Assembly (NCBI GenBank): GCA_033764955.1
Contig: JANRIL010000040.1
Coordinates: forward strand, 1 to 64,000
From: Cyanobacteriota bacterium
GTDB taxonomy: Bacteria > Cyanobacteriota > Cyanobacteriia > Thermostichales > Thermostichaceae
Length of the DNA stretch: 64,000 nt
Direction: 5' to 3'
Within the stretch, counting starts at the first letter, position 1; each line of letters starts with the position of its first letter. This document shows, piece after piece, positions 42,956 to 53,278 of this stretch. The notes below the pieces were generated by a model, which worked only from the letters and a program-made list of their open reading frames with translations, made no database searches and was not told the origin of the DNA. The translations under genes and the position numbers were made by a program.

Positions 42956-43593
42956 CCGTGCTGGAAGTGCAAGGCTTAACCTATCATCCGGCAGCGGCTC
43001 CCCAGCCGATTTTGCAGGATATTTCCTTTCAGTTGGGATCCCAGCAGTTAGGGCTGATCGTCGGGTCTAGCGGTGCTGGCAAAAGTACCCTCCTGGAACT
43101 GATGGCGGGGTTAGCTCGCCCCACCCAAGGCCAGATTGTTTGGCAACATACTCCCCTTAGCCCCAGTCGGCTACGGACGATGGCGGGTTTGGTCTTTCAG
43201 TTTCCTGAGCGACATTTTTGTGGACTCACCCTCTTAGAAGAACTGCGGTTTGGCCATCCCGAATTGCTGGAAAAAGATTTGCAGCGAGCCTTGACTCAGG
43301 TGGGATTGACAGGGATCCCCTTAGAGCGTTCCCCCAACCACTTGAGCGGTGGGCAGCAACGGCGCTTGGCACTGGCTGTACAACTGATTCGCAGCCCGTT
43401 TTTGTTGCTGTTAGACGAACCTACGGCGGGTCTGGATTGGTCAGTCCGACAACAGTTGATCGAGTTGCTGCTTCAACTTAAATCTGCCTGGTCAATCTTG
43501 GTGGTTAGCCATGATCCTGACGAATTGGGGGAAGTGGCTGACTGTCAGTGGCAAATGCGAGAAGGTCGGCTGTTTGCCAAATCTTCACCCTGA
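42946..43593 (+). CDS. ABC/ECF-type ATP-binding protein
   Basis: GSSGAGKST, FQFPE, LSGGQQRR, LLDEPT, VSH. Confidence 0.92.
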   Translation: MAVTVLEVQGLTYHPAAAPQPILQDISFQLGSQQLGLIVGSSGAGKSTLLELMAGLARPTQGQIVWQHTPLSPSRLRTMAGLVFQFPERHFCGLTLLEELRFGHPELLEKDLQRALTQVGLTGIPLERSPNHLSGGQQRRLALAVQLIRSPFLLLLDEPTAGLDWSVRQQLIELLLQLKSAWSILVVSHDPDELGEVADCQWQMREGRLFAKSSP

Positions 43594-43697
43594 GATCACC
43601 CTACGAAAATTTTAGAAAATGTCATGATTTCCGGTCATGAATGCGGAGTGGAGTGAGTAAAATGTGGTAATTCTTTCTCGCAAGGCCAACTAAAACT

Positions 43698-44648
43698 GTG
43701 CCATCTTTGCTTTCGATGCCCTGCCCACCTTTGCTGCGATGGTCTTTGCTTCGGAATCCTCTGCCTACCTTGAGTGGGTTGCCTGCCCAGTCGATTGGGC
43801 GGCACTGGGTAAAAACGCTTTCTTCCCTCCTTGCTGGGGAGGCTAGCGGATCCCTTCTATCCCCTCAGTCTACCAGGCAACATCCTCCCTTGAGGGTCAA
43901 CCAACGACGGCTCCGTTTGTCTCCTCTGCTTTATCGCCTGGCTCTCCTGGGTCTCTTGGGAAGCTGGGTGGTTTTGATGGTTCATCATCCTGTGGCGGCG
44001 GAAGTGTTGGTTTTGAAACAGGGAGAAATTCGCCAACTGCCCATCTTACAAACCCGTGCCAGGGTGCCCATACAAGCCCTGGAAATGCTTTATTTGGGGA
44101 TGCTGGAGGATCGCTTTTTGGACTATGCCAACAACAATAACTGGCAGACGATCACCGCGACCCGCGACACCCAGGAGTGGACTCGCTGGCAGCTTCTGCC
44201 TGGTGGAGAGGCCATTTATCGCTCACCCCATGATGACCGTCCGATTTATGCGCGGGGTTTTTTAGTGCAAGCCTATTTTGAAAAAAGCCGCCTGATCGGG
44301 ATGCACTTAATCCGTAATCCTGATGAGCCTGGTTTTGATCTGCCGCAGTTGAAACAACTGATCCAAGCCTGGTTTCCAGATAATCGCATTTTGTTGCGCT
44401 ATCAGGCCCTACCGGATGATCCTAGTCAGCAGGTGATCACGGCCTATCTGGGTAACGTTCCCGCTGCTTTTATCTCTGATCTGGGGCGAACCCAAATCCC
44501 CTTTTGTCAAACCTTCCTCACCCCCAACACAACACTTCCCCTCCTGCCCCCTCTGCAACCGCAGACCCCGCAGTGTTTTTCCATTACGGGATCCGCTAGT
44601 CAGGCTCATTTGAATTCAACATTATTCTTGGTGAATAGCCGGCCCTGA
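43698..44648 (+). CDS. Hypothetical exported protein (start uncertain)
   Basis: Long ORF with an internal signal-like segment ending PVAA. Confidence 0.6.
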   Translation: MPSLLSMPCPPLLRWSLLRNPLPTLSGLPAQSIGRHWVKTLSSLLAGEASGSLLSPQSTRQHPPLRVNQRRLRLSPLLYRLALLGLLGSWVVLMVHHPVAAEVLVLKQGEIRQLPILQTRARVPIQALEMLYLGMLEDRFLDYANNNNWQTITATRDTQEWTRWQLLPGGEAIYRSPHDDRPIYARGFLVQAYFEKSRLIGMHLIRNPDEPGFDLPQLKQLIQAWFPDNRILLRYQALPDDPSQQVITAYLGNVPAAFISDLGRTQIPFCQTFLTPNTTLPLLPPLQPQTPQCFSITGSASQAHLNSTLFLVNSRP

Positions 44649-44753
44649 GGGCGTTGTAGTTGCTAGCTATTGAGGGTGGAACTTTTCAATCAGAGATTTT
44701 CAACAACCATAAAATTCCTATAAAAATTCTCATGCAGTGGCTCTGATATCCCT

Positions 44754-45275
44754 CTAAGGAGGAGGCGCTTGGGGAAACGTAGCGGAAGCCGGGATCCCCT
44801 CAGGAAAAGCCTTTTCACCGATTTTGGCTTGCATCGCCTGCCAATTGCTATCAAAGATGGACTGCTGCTCAGCGGTCAAAAGGGCACGCAACTGTTGACG
44901 GGATCCCTCCAAAATGGATCGAAGGGAGGCCAGTTGCTCAGGGGTGGGGTTCAGTTGCTCTATCACCGCTTGTAATCCGCCTGTTTTGGGAGATGTCTGT
45001 TGGCGCAGTTGATTCATTTGCATTTTTTGCTCTGGGGTAAGCAAGTTGGTCAACTGAGACCGAGTTTCCCGGCGAATCTGCTGGGCGGCAGTTTGTTGTT
45101 CGGGCGTTAGACTAATCCCTTGCAGCAGTGGCGAGGAACGCCGCGGAGGAAGGGTTTCTTGAACCGTGGATGGCATCTGCGACTGAGCAGCCACACTGGG
45201 TATCCAGCCAAAGAAGGAGGTGCAAGTCAGTGCGGCCAGCAGTGAGGATAGCCGCATCGATGAGGATAAAGACAT
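44754..45275 (-). CDS. Spy/CpxP-like periplasmic protein
   Basis: Signal peptide and four LTxEQ-type motifs. Confidence 0.8.
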   Translation of the reverse strand: MSLSSSMRLSSLLAALTCTSFFGWIPSVAAQSQMPSTVQETLPPRRSSPLLQGISLTPEQQTAAQQIRRETRSQLTNLLTPEQKMQMNQLRQQTSPKTGGLQAVIEQLNPTPEQLASLRSILEGSRQQLRALLTAEQQSIFDSNWQAMQAKIGEKAFPEGIPASATFPQAPPP

Positions 45276-45402
45276 TTCCTTTTCACCTGTTTAGAAGGAC
45301 CCACTCACTAAGACCCCTCTGGCAGACAAGAGGTTCAAGGCCAGCGATCCATTTAGCCCACAAACCACAGCCCTTCTCTTAGTTGTCAAGTATGGGTTGA
45401 CT

Positions 45403-45442
45403 CTCCTCTCCCGTTCTGGAAAAGGGGTTGGGGGTGAGGGCT
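45403..45442. repeat. REP-like cyanobacterial repeat
   Basis: CTCCTCTCCC-GTTCT-GGAAAAGGGG-TTGGGGGTGAGGG, a degenerate copy of the CCCCTCTCCC...GGGAGAGGGG type. Confidence 0.6.
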
Positions 45443-45481
45443 GTGTTTACCCATGCAGGGATAATGGGTAGTGGACAAATC

Positions 45482-46420
45482 CTATTGGTAGGCTTGGGCA
45501 ATGCCCAACTGCAAGAGATGGCTGTAACTGCCATTGCTGATGGCGACACCCTGGGGAGCAATCGATACCACCTGCCAATTCCCTTTAATCGGATAGCCCA
45601 CCGGAACCTGCCGAACTACGTTATCCACGAGGATCAAAGCCTTCGGCGCACCCGGATCCCCAATCAGCCCGACCAATTTCATTTGCGGCACGCTAGGGGG
45701 AGGGACTGTTTTGGATTGAGCACGAGGGGAGGAAAATTCTACCCAGCCTCCGGGGGGGGCTTGGGGCAAGCTAGCTACCACAGGGCTGCTAGCGATAGGA
45801 GCGGCGGGCATTGGCTTGGGCTTGCTGGCGGCAGGGGCTGCTTTGGGGGGGGATTGGGGTGGACGGGCGATCGGGGATCCCTGGGGAGGGGTGGAGGCAG
45901 CGGTTGGCGGGGATGGAGCATTTTGCAGGGGTCCGGCAGAAGGGGCATTCTCCTGGGTAGTGACTTTTTCCTGCTCAGGGGAAGGGGTGGCTCCACTGTC
46001 CAAATGGGGCTGATCATCCAAGGGATCCCCAAGCTGGGTGGAGAAAGTCAGCGTAGGCAAGGGGAGGGGAACCTGGGCGGAGGAAGTGGAGGGGGCTTGG
46101 CCACTCATCCAGAGGGCGATGCCTGCGATCACCATAGAGGCCGTGGCTCCCCCCACCAACCAGCCCATAATCGGGGAAGATTGGCGACGCAACGGGGGAC
46201 GGGATCCCAGGTAGGGATAGTCGTAGAAATCATCGGCGGACTGAGTGTTGAGGGTGGCCTCCAGATCTTCAAATAGCCCATTTAACATTTGATCGGCCAA
46301 AGCAGCAGAATCTTTGGGCAAAGGGGAGGGACGAGTGGGAGGAGAAGCAGAGGTTGGGGTTGCTTCTGAGTGTCCCTTTTTGAGTGCGGGTGGGATCCCG
46401 GCTGATGTAAATTCCGACAC
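45482..46420 (-). CDS. Pro-rich bitopic protein with a PilP/GspC-like C-terminal beta domain
   Basis: Single TM helix, Pro/Ala linker, KLVGLIGDPGAPKALI...VPVG...WQVVSI. Confidence 0.7.
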   Translation of the reverse strand: MSEFTSAGIPPALKKGHSEATPTSASPPTRPSPLPKDSAALADQMLNGLFEDLEATLNTQSADDFYDYPYLGSRPPLRRQSSPIMGWLVGGATASMVIAGIALWMSGQAPSTSSAQVPLPLPTLTFSTQLGDPLDDQPHLDSGATPSPEQEKVTTQENAPSAGPLQNAPSPPTAASTPPQGSPIARPPQSPPKAAPAASKPKPMPAAPIASSPVVASLPQAPPGGWVEFSSPRAQSKTVPPPSVPQMKLVGLIGDPGAPKALILVDNVVRQVPVGYPIKGNWQVVSIAPQGVAISNGSYSHLLQLGIAQAYQ

Positions 46421-46524
46421 AAAACCCTCCTGAAATAAGCCAAGCTCGGCCAGCAGGAGGGGAATGATCTGTGAGATTAGGATCCCGATTGGTCTAGTCT
46501 ATCTGGCAAGCTAGCCCCAGGAGC

Positions 46525-47451
46525 TTAAAGCCGCCGCAGTTGAGGATATTCTGTCAACAACTGCTCGGAAGTGAGGCTGTCTCCTTCCATCTGAGGAGTC
46601 CAAAGCACTTCTACCGCTACTAGACGGTCGGCGGAGGTGGATCCCACCTGCATCAGACAACGCCGCAACGCTGCTGCCGAATCAACTACTGGTAGTGTAC
46701 CCGAACCAGCTTGATGCGCCACGAGTAGCGTAACTACCAGATACTCCCCCACATCCGCCAGGGCTAAGTCGTCCGACTTTGCCAGATTCGTCGGGGATCC
46801 CTGGGTCAACTGGGCTGAGACATTGGAGAGGGTTTCCTGGCTAAACTTGCTGCGCTCTAGCATGGACTGCTGATAAAAGAAAGACTCCGCCTGAGAGAGA
46901 TTGAGGCTACGGCTATCCGCCTGCCCATACACCCAGTAGTCGTCGTGGCGGGTCAAGCTGAGGGAAACATCCTGCAAGAGACGGCTTAACCCCTCTGGAG
47001 TTGTCGTGTCGGCTTCTAGAGCCAAGCGATCGATCTCTTTTTGCAGTTGGCGGGCACTGGCCAACAACCCGACCTTGATTTCACTAACCTGCACCTGCGG
47101 ATTGGGGGATCCCTCCTCGCTATTGAGAGCGCCACCCTGCCAATTGCGGAATAGGAAGCTACCCACCCCCAAGAGCAAAAACAGAGTGAGCAAGCCCCCA
47201 CCCCCGCCCCCCCAGAAAAAGGGCATCAACAAAGGAAAACCAAAGCCCCCCCCGCCATAAACGGGAGCCGGCCCCGAGCGGGGCGAAACGGTGCGGGGAG
47301 CAGAGTAACGGGGTGCTCGGAAGGAACCTCCACCCATCCGTCCACCACTGCGCGCCCATCCATCATGGGCAGGCCAAAAGCTCAGCCCGATAACTAACAC
47401 CAAGGCCAACAAGCCTTTTGTCCAGCGAGATTGCCAGATTTTTTTCAACAT
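46525..47451 (-). CDS. DUF1517 protein (FLAP1/FlpA-like)
   Basis: ARSGGRMGGGSF, VGLLASA, ERSKF, EVLWTPQ. Confidence 0.9.
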   Translation of the reverse strand: MLKKIWQSRWTKGLLALVLVIGLSFWPAHDGWARSGGRMGGGSFRAPRYSAPRTVSPRSGPAPVYGGGGFGFPLLMPFFWGGGGGGLLTLFLLLGVGSFLFRNWQGGALNSEEGSPNPQVQVSEIKVGLLASARQLQKEIDRLALEADTTTPEGLSRLLQDVSLSLTRHDDYWVYGQADSRSLNLSQAESFFYQQSMLERSKFSQETLSNVSAQLTQGSPTNLAKSDDLALADVGEYLVVTLLVAHQAGSGTLPVVDSAAALRRCLMQVGSTSADRLVAVEVLWTPQMEGDSLTSEQLLTEYPQLRRL

Positions 47452-47510
47452 AGCTAAACCCTCATCCAAATCTGGGCTGTATTGTCCACTATTCTTATTC
47501 TAGAACTTGT

Positions 47511-47528
47511 TTTGTAAAGTAATGTAAC
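47511..47528 (-). promoter_or_regulatory. HLR1 (RpaB-binding) direct repeat
   Basis: Minus strand GTTACATT-AC-TTTACAAA, a perfect (G/T)TTACA(T/A)(T/A)-N2 repeat; -10 TAGAAT at 47502-47497. Confidence 0.75.
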
Positions 47529-47658
47529 CGAGCCTGACGGGTTTGCCGGGAGGGGGGAAGAGCATGTTAACTTTTGTGGGGTATTGGGGAGGGGATCCGC
47601 CTAGCGGTCGGGTAGCCCCTTCTCCTCTTGATCGGTTCGGTCATCTGTGAGGTTGTGC

Positions 47659-48525
47659 ATGTCCCTTTCTCCCTATTCACAGGCTGCGCTGGAGCCCCAG
47701 AGGGGTAGTCGGCCTGATATTCGACTGGTGATGGTGGATATCGATGGCACAATTACCGGAGCCGCCAACACAGTTTCTCCGCGAGTTCGGCAGGCGTTGC
47801 GGCAGGCCAAGCAGCAGGGGGTTTATGTCGGAATCGCCACGGGTCGCATGTACCGTTCCGCCCTGCGCTTTCATCATGAGATTGCGGCGAATATGCCGAT
47901 CTGTGCCTATCAGGGGGCGATGATCAAAGATCCCGCCACCGACAAAATGTATAAGCACTGGTCCCTCAATCTGGAGGTTGCCCAGCAATTGTTGGCCGCT
48001 TTGGATACCTATCCTCTAATTGCCCACATTTACGTGGATGACCAGCTTTATGTGCGGGACTGGAACCCTCTCAGTTTGGGTTACGCGGAGCGTTCTCAGG
48101 TGCCCATCCACCTTCTTTCCGACTTGGGATCCGAACTCACCCTCGAACCCACCAAGGTTTTGGCGATGACCGAAGATACCGATTTGATCCTGGAGTTATT
48201 GGGATCCCTGCGCCAACAGTTCCCAGCGGATTTGATGTATTTGACCCGCTCGGTTCCGACTTTTCTAGAGGCCACTCATCCTCAGGTCAACAAAGGAAAT
48301 GCGGTGAAATATCTGGCGGAGGAGGTGTTGGGTTTGCGCCCCGAACAGGTGATGACCATCGGAGACAGCGACAACGATGTGGAAATGCTGGCTTATGCTG
48401 GCCTTGGGGTGGCTATGGGCAATGCGTCCGCCGAGGTGCAAGCTTATGCCGATTGGGTAGCTCCTTCCGTGGATGAGGATGGGGTAGCTGTCGCCCTAGA
48501 AACCTTTGTCCTTAAGGAAAAATAG
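47659..48525 (+). CDS. Cof-type HAD hydrolase
   Basis: DIDGT, ATGR, NKG, GDSDND. Confidence 0.93.
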   Translation: MSLSPYSQAALEPQRGSRPDIRLVMVDIDGTITGAANTVSPRVRQALRQAKQQGVYVGIATGRMYRSALRFHHEIAANMPICAYQGAMIKDPATDKMYKHWSLNLEVAQQLLAALDTYPLIAHIYVDDQLYVRDWNPLSLGYAERSQVPIHLLSDLGSELTLEPTKVLAMTEDTDLILELLGSLRQQFPADLMYLTRSVPTFLEATHPQVNKGNAVKYLAEEVLGLRPEQVMTIGDSDNDVEMLAYAGLGVAMGNASAEVQAYADWVAPSVDEDGVAVALETFVLKEK

Positions 48526-48617
48526 GGCCTACTAACCCATGATCTCAGAACGGCCTTTGCCGATCGCAAGCACCCTCAACAACTGGTTAGAGTGAGATCG
48601 AGCAACCCTATCCTGCT

Positions 48618-49343
48618 ATGGCAAAGTCACAACCCCTGACGGCTCCCCTTGCTGATTTTAAGGTGGGAGTGGATACCGTAATTTTTTCCGTAGATAGCCA
48701 GCAAAACCGCCTTTTGGTCTTGTTGGTGAGACGGCGGGAGGATCCATTTCGTGGACAATGGTCATTGCCCGGAACCCTAGTCCGGCAGGGAGAATCCCTG
48801 GAGGGGGCAGCCTATCGCATCTTGGGGGAAAAAATTCGGGTTGAAAACCTCTACCTAGAACAGCTTTATACCTTTGGTGGTCCCCATCGGGATCCCCGCG
48901 AAAGTCCAGATTCCTATGGAGTGCGCTATCTATCCGTCAGCTATTTTGCCCTGGTGCGCTTTCAGGATGCTCAGTTGTTGCCCAGCGAAGTGGAAGGGAT
49001 CGCTTGGTATCCGGTCTCCCAGGTTCCCACCTTGGCCTTTGACCACCTAAAAATCTGTGAATATGCCCATCAGCGACTCTGCAACAAACTGCAATACAGC
49101 CCGATTGCCTTTGATATTTTGCCTGCGACGTTTTCCTTAGGCGAGGTTTATCAGCTCTATGGCACGGTGTTGGGGGAAGGGTTTTCCGACTACTCCAACT
49201 TTCGGGCACGCCTCCTCAAGCTAGGCATTCTCCGCGACACCGGCCAAAAAACTCAACAGGGGGCAGGTCGTCCCGCCTCTCTCTATTATTTTGATGCGGC
49301 GGCCTTTGAGTCAATCAAGCACAAGCCGATGATTTTTGTCTGA
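48618..49343 (+). CDS. nrtR: NrtR family Nudix/wHTH regulator
   Basis: WSLPG, LEQLYTFG...RDPR, LAFDH, NFR, GRPASLY. Confidence 0.88.
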   Translation: MAKSQPLTAPLADFKVGVDTVIFSVDSQQNRLLVLLVRRREDPFRGQWSLPGTLVRQGESLEGAAYRILGEKIRVENLYLEQLYTFGGPHRDPRESPDSYGVRYLSVSYFALVRFQDAQLLPSEVEGIAWYPVSQVPTLAFDHLKICEYAHQRLCNKLQYSPIAFDILPATFSLGEVYQLYGTVLGEGFSDYSNFRARLLKLGILRDTGQKTQQGAGRPASLYYFDAAAFESIKHKPMIFV

Positions 49344-49726
49344 AGGTTATGCTTCGCCAATGGAGCTATCTATCTTTCGATTGGATGGCGGTTTGATCTC
49401 TACTATTTGATCTCTACTAATAGTGTGAGGGTTTTGACTCAACTCTGCCTATAGTATAAGCATGAGAGATAAACCGATTGCGGGACAGTATAATGTAGTT
49501 GACCGGGATCCCCTCGACAGAGCCATGAAGCATGTTTTACCTTGGCTTCAGGGAATTTTGATGAAGGGGCAGGCATTCTACAATGGACAGGCTGTGGAAT
49601 GACAGGCTGAGGCAAGCCAAGGTTAACCTAGACTGGTCTTCACATCAAAATCTGTGCCTTCCAGATGAGCACAAGCCCATAGAAGCAAATGTAATCTTTA
49701 GAATCGGCAATGAGCCAGGAGTTGGG

Positions 49727-50602
49727 ATGAAAGGGGGTATGAAAGGGATAGCATGGCGTGGTCAACGGCATCTTTGGGGATCCGCGATCCTATCCGGGAT
49801 CCTGCTTGGATTGACCTTAAGTGGGTCAGTTATGGCTCCAACGTTGGCACAGACGGCGGCTCCTGCTCAACCTGCGCCGGAAGCTCCACCTTCTGGCCCG
49901 ATGAGTCGGCAAGAAGTGGCGGAACGCCTTGACATCATTCCAGTTTTTGCCATCGTTGGCAAAGATGGCACCCCCGTCTTGGCGAATGTGGATCAAGAGG
50001 GTAAGTCCATTCAGGTAGCTAATTTTTGGCTGGATCAAACCCAAGCCAATGCCACCATCAAACAAATTCAGGCGACTAACCCGGATATCGGTTCCCAAGC
50101 CCAAGTGGTGCCCCTCTCCCTTGGCTATGCCTATACCGTTTCAGAAGAACAAAAGGCCAAAAGCAACGAGGTGGTGTTTCAGGTGATCCCCCGCGACTCT
50201 GACCTACAATCTGCCCTGCAAATTGCTAAGCAATCGGGAGAAGCCAACCTCGAAAGATTCCCAGGGATCCCTTTATTTTATGGGGTGTCTGAACAGGGAT
50301 TGTTAACCATAGAAAAGGATGGCGTTGAGGTTGTCCCCTTCTTTTTCACCCAAGAAGATCTGAGCAATACCTTGCAACGGGCCGGTGCCGAAAACCCTGC
50401 TGTACTGCAACAAACCAAAATCGAGGTGACCACCCTCGAGCAGGTGGTGAACTCCATGCTAGAGCCAAACGCTCAATCTGATATCTACAAAATTGCCTTT
50501 GTCCCCTCCAAGTCGGCACTTCAATACATCCAATCCCTCAGCACTCAGCAGCAGCCGGCTCCCCCTGCCCAACCGGCTCCCCCTGCCCAACCGGCTCCCT
50601 AA
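49727..50602 (+). CDS. tic22: Tic22 family periplasmic chaperone
   Basis: Signal peptide; LDIIPVFAI, VVPLSLG, FPGIPLF, VPFFF; AGGAG RBS. Confidence 0.88.
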   Translation: MKGGMKGIAWRGQRHLWGSAILSGILLGLTLSGSVMAPTLAQTAAPAQPAPEAPPSGPMSRQEVAERLDIIPVFAIVGKDGTPVLANVDQEGKSIQVANFWLDQTQANATIKQIQATNPDIGSQAQVVPLSLGYAYTVSEEQKAKSNEVVFQVIPRDSDLQSALQIAKQSGEANLERFPGIPLFYGVSEQGLLTIEKDGVEVVPFFFTQEDLSNTLQRAGAENPAVLQQTKIEVTTLEQVVNSMLEPNAQSDIYKIAFVPSKSALQYIQSLSTQQQPAPPAQPAPPAQPAP

Positions 50603-50615
50603 GCAGGGCGGTTGT

Positions 50616-51539
50616 ATGTCCTGTCTAGACGTATCGACCCAACTGACTAATTGGCGGCAGGAAGCGTTGGCGAACGCCCTTCACCACGGCATCCCTGAAG
50701 AAGAGGTCGATATCCTACTGGAGCAGGGTTTAGGCTGGAGCAAGCTGGATCGTTCTCTAGGGCGACCTCCCTTTGGCTGGGATCCCTACCTCTGGCAAAG
50801 GATCCAAGCTATGTGGCAGCGCCGCCTTGAGCAGCGGATCCCCCTCCACTACCTGTTGGGCTATGTGGATTGGCGAGATTTGCGCCTGCGGGTCACGCCG
50901 GATGTTTTGATCCCCCGCCCCGAAACCGAGTTATTGGTGGATCGGGTGTTGGATTGGCTAGAAACCCATCCCTCGGCAAAGCATCAGCCCTGGATTGACC
51001 TGGGAACAGGCAGTGGAGCCTTGGCGCTGGCGTTAGCTCAGGCTGGACTGACGGTGATCGCGGTCGATATCAGTCCGGCGGCTCTGCGGATCGCTGAGCA
51101 GAATGGCCAAAGCTTGGGTCTGGATAGCCGTGTCACCTTTCTGGCGGGGTCATGGTTTGAACCTTTGCATCCTTGGCGGGGTGAGATAGGCGGTATGGTG
51201 GCAAATCCCCCCTACATTCCCTCCCTCCTCTTGCCCGACCTCCAACCGGAAGTCTTTAGGCACGAACCCCATTTAGCCCTGGATGGGGGAACCACGGGCT
51301 TGAACGCCCTAACGCATTTGATAGCAATAGCTCCCAAGTACCTTGCCCCCGCTGCTTTCTGGGGGGTAGAGGTGATGGCTGGACAGGCGGCATGGGTGGC
51401 CGCGCAACTCCTCCAGAACCCCTTCTATGCAGACATTCAAATTGCCAACGATCTAGCCGGGATCCCCCGCTTTGTCACTGCCCAAATCGCCACCCCACCG
51501 TTCTCAACCCTAAAGGAGCCAGATAATCCCAGTGGCTAG
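50616..51539 (+). CDS. prmC: Release factor glutamine methyltransferase
   Basis: [28 protein letters not shown]. Confidence 0.95.
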   Translation: MSCLDVSTQLTNWRQEALANALHHGIPEEEVDILLEQGLGWSKLDRSLGRPPFGWDPYLWQRIQAMWQRRLEQRIPLHYLLGYVDWRDLRLRVTPDVLIPRPETELLVDRVLDWLETHPSAKHQPWIDLGTGSGALALALAQAGLTVIAVDISPAALRIAEQNGQSLGLDSRVTFLAGSWFEPLHPWRGEIGGMVANPPYIPSLLLPDLQPEVFRHEPHLALDGGTTGLNALTHLIAIAPKYLAPAAFWGVEVMAGQAAWVAAQLLQNPFYADIQIANDLAGIPRFVTAQIATPPFSTLKEPDNPSG

Positions 51540-52249
51540 GGGGAAACGGTAACGGGCAGCTCTAGGCAATATCCTGCACCATAAACTGTTTTGATGTATT
51601 GGGGATGACGGGGATCCGGTTCCAGTTTGGTGCGGAGATGGCGGATATGCACACGGATGGTTTCAATATCATCATCCGGTTCATAGCCCCAGACTTCCTG
51701 CAAAATTTCGCTGGGAGATACCGTTTGACCATGCCGTTGCATCAAGCAGTGCAAAAGATCAAACTCCAGGTGAGTCAGCTTGATCGTCTCACTAAACCAA
51801 ACCGCCTCAAACCGTTCGGGCACCAGCGTCAATGGCCCATAGTTAAGGATCTCGCTGTGTTTGGCGGTCTGAGGAATCCGATCCGAGCGGCGCAACAAAG
51901 CTCTCACCCGTACCAACAACTCCTGCACTTCAAAAGGTTTGGTCAGGTAGTCGTCCGCTCCGGCATTAAACCCTTCCACTTTGTCTTGGGTTTGCCCCAA
52001 TGCCGTCAACATCAAGATGGGAATATCCGTTGTGCGCTCTTCTCGCCGCAACCGCTGACAGATGGTTAATCCGTCTACCTGAGGCAGCATCAAGTCCAAA
52101 ATGATTAAATCGGGCAAGACCTGCAAAGCCATCGCTTGCCCTTTGACTCCATCAGAAGCCCTCACCACCTCATAGCCTGCTAATTCCAGGTTGATACGGA
52201 GGAGATCAAGGATGGATGGATCATCTTCAATGACGAGTATACGAGCCAT
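51536..52249 (-). CDS. rpaA: Circadian output response regulator RpaA
   Basis: [48 protein letters not shown]. Confidence 0.96.
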   Translation of the reverse strand: MARILVIEDDPSILDLLRINLELAGYEVVRASDGVKGQAMALQVLPDLIILDLMLPQVDGLTICQRLRREERTTDIPILMLTALGQTQDKVEGFNAGADDYLTKPFEVQELLVRVRALLRRSDRIPQTAKHSEILNYGPLTLVPERFEAVWFSETIKLTHLEFDLLHCLMQRHGQTVSPSEILQEVWGYEPDDDIETIRVHIRHLRTKLEPDPRHPQYIKTVYGAGYCLELPVTVSP

Positions 52250-52641
52250 ATTGCCTAATGAGCGCAAAAACCGCATTCAGAGGCGGGGTTGCTAAGAAAT
52301 ACGAAAGACCCAATAACTTTATCGACTAAAGTTTATCTAATTTTACCCTCTATTCCACCCGATCGATGTTAAATCCCGTGCTCTTGCCGAGAGATGCCCA
52401 CTAGCATGCTGTTCTGACTACCTTGTCTGAATAGCATCTGAATAGCAGAGGGGAAGGCAGCAGGATCCCCCAGCTCAACACCATCCGAGGGATCCCGTAT
52501 GAGTAGGGGAAAACCAGGCTTATCTCACCATCAAGGTTTAATTGGATTCAAACTATACATTCAGCGATTTAGCGGATTTCAATATTGCCGGGATCCCTTA
52601 TCTTGAGGGAAAAGCAGCAGCAAGCCCCAAGGCTCCCTGGT

Positions 52642-53130
52642 ATGTCTCACAACCTGATTGTTCGCACCTACTTGCCATCCGAAAAACCACCCACCTACAA
52701 AGATCCGGTTGTTGAGCCAGAAACTACTGCTGCCGCCTCAAATGGTTCTCAATGTAAGGCTTCTGCCCAACAACGGAAAGTAGAGATGCCGATCGGGTGG
52801 CATCGGCTGACTCCTGCCCCTCTTTTGACCGCTCTTTTGATGGGCATGGTTGGCGTCACCACTCTTTTACCAACAAATACCTGGCGGCAACTGGATTCTG
52901 CGTTTCCCAACCTGACTCCGCTAACGATGCAGATCCGACAGTTGCGGGTAATTGTCTTCTACTGGCGAGCAAATTATATGGAGAACCGCGATGCCGCCAT
53001 CGAAGCGCGGGCAGAAGGGCTACTGGCTTACCAAGATGCCCAAGCGGAGTATCGCCATTGTCTAAGTCAACCAACCCCAGAACGATCGGTTCCCTGTCAA
53101 GCTCCCTCTCCGCCCCCTCTAATTTGGTGA
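52642..53130 (+). CDS. Hypothetical membrane protein
   Basis: ORF with one TM segment; start uncertain. Confidence 0.55.
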   Translation: MSHNLIVRTYLPSEKPPTYKDPVVEPETTAAASNGSQCKASAQQRKVEMPIGWHRLTPAPLLTALLMGMVGVTTLLPTNTWRQLDSAFPNLTPLTMQIRQLRVIVFYWRANYMENRDAAIEARAEGLLAYQDAQAEYRHCLSQPTPERSVPCQAPSPPPLIW

Positions 53131-53278
53131 GATTGATTGACAGTCCCCTGAATACTCTGCCCCGCCGCCGATCCAATTGTCCGCTCATCCGAATCAACAC
53201 CGCAAGAAATGGGTGGCACAAGTCCGCCACTCTCCATAGATTGAGGGAGATGTCTATTATCCAATCCTTCTTCCTCAA

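Noticed and set aside
50555..50600. 18-bp tandem repeat CCGGCTCCCCCTGCCCAA
   Set aside because: Encodes the PAPPAQ low-complexity tail of Tic22
52426..52447. Short tandem duplications (TCTGAATAGCA x2; also near 31655 and 55646)
   Set aside because: Unrelated units, consistent with replication slippage; no shared motif
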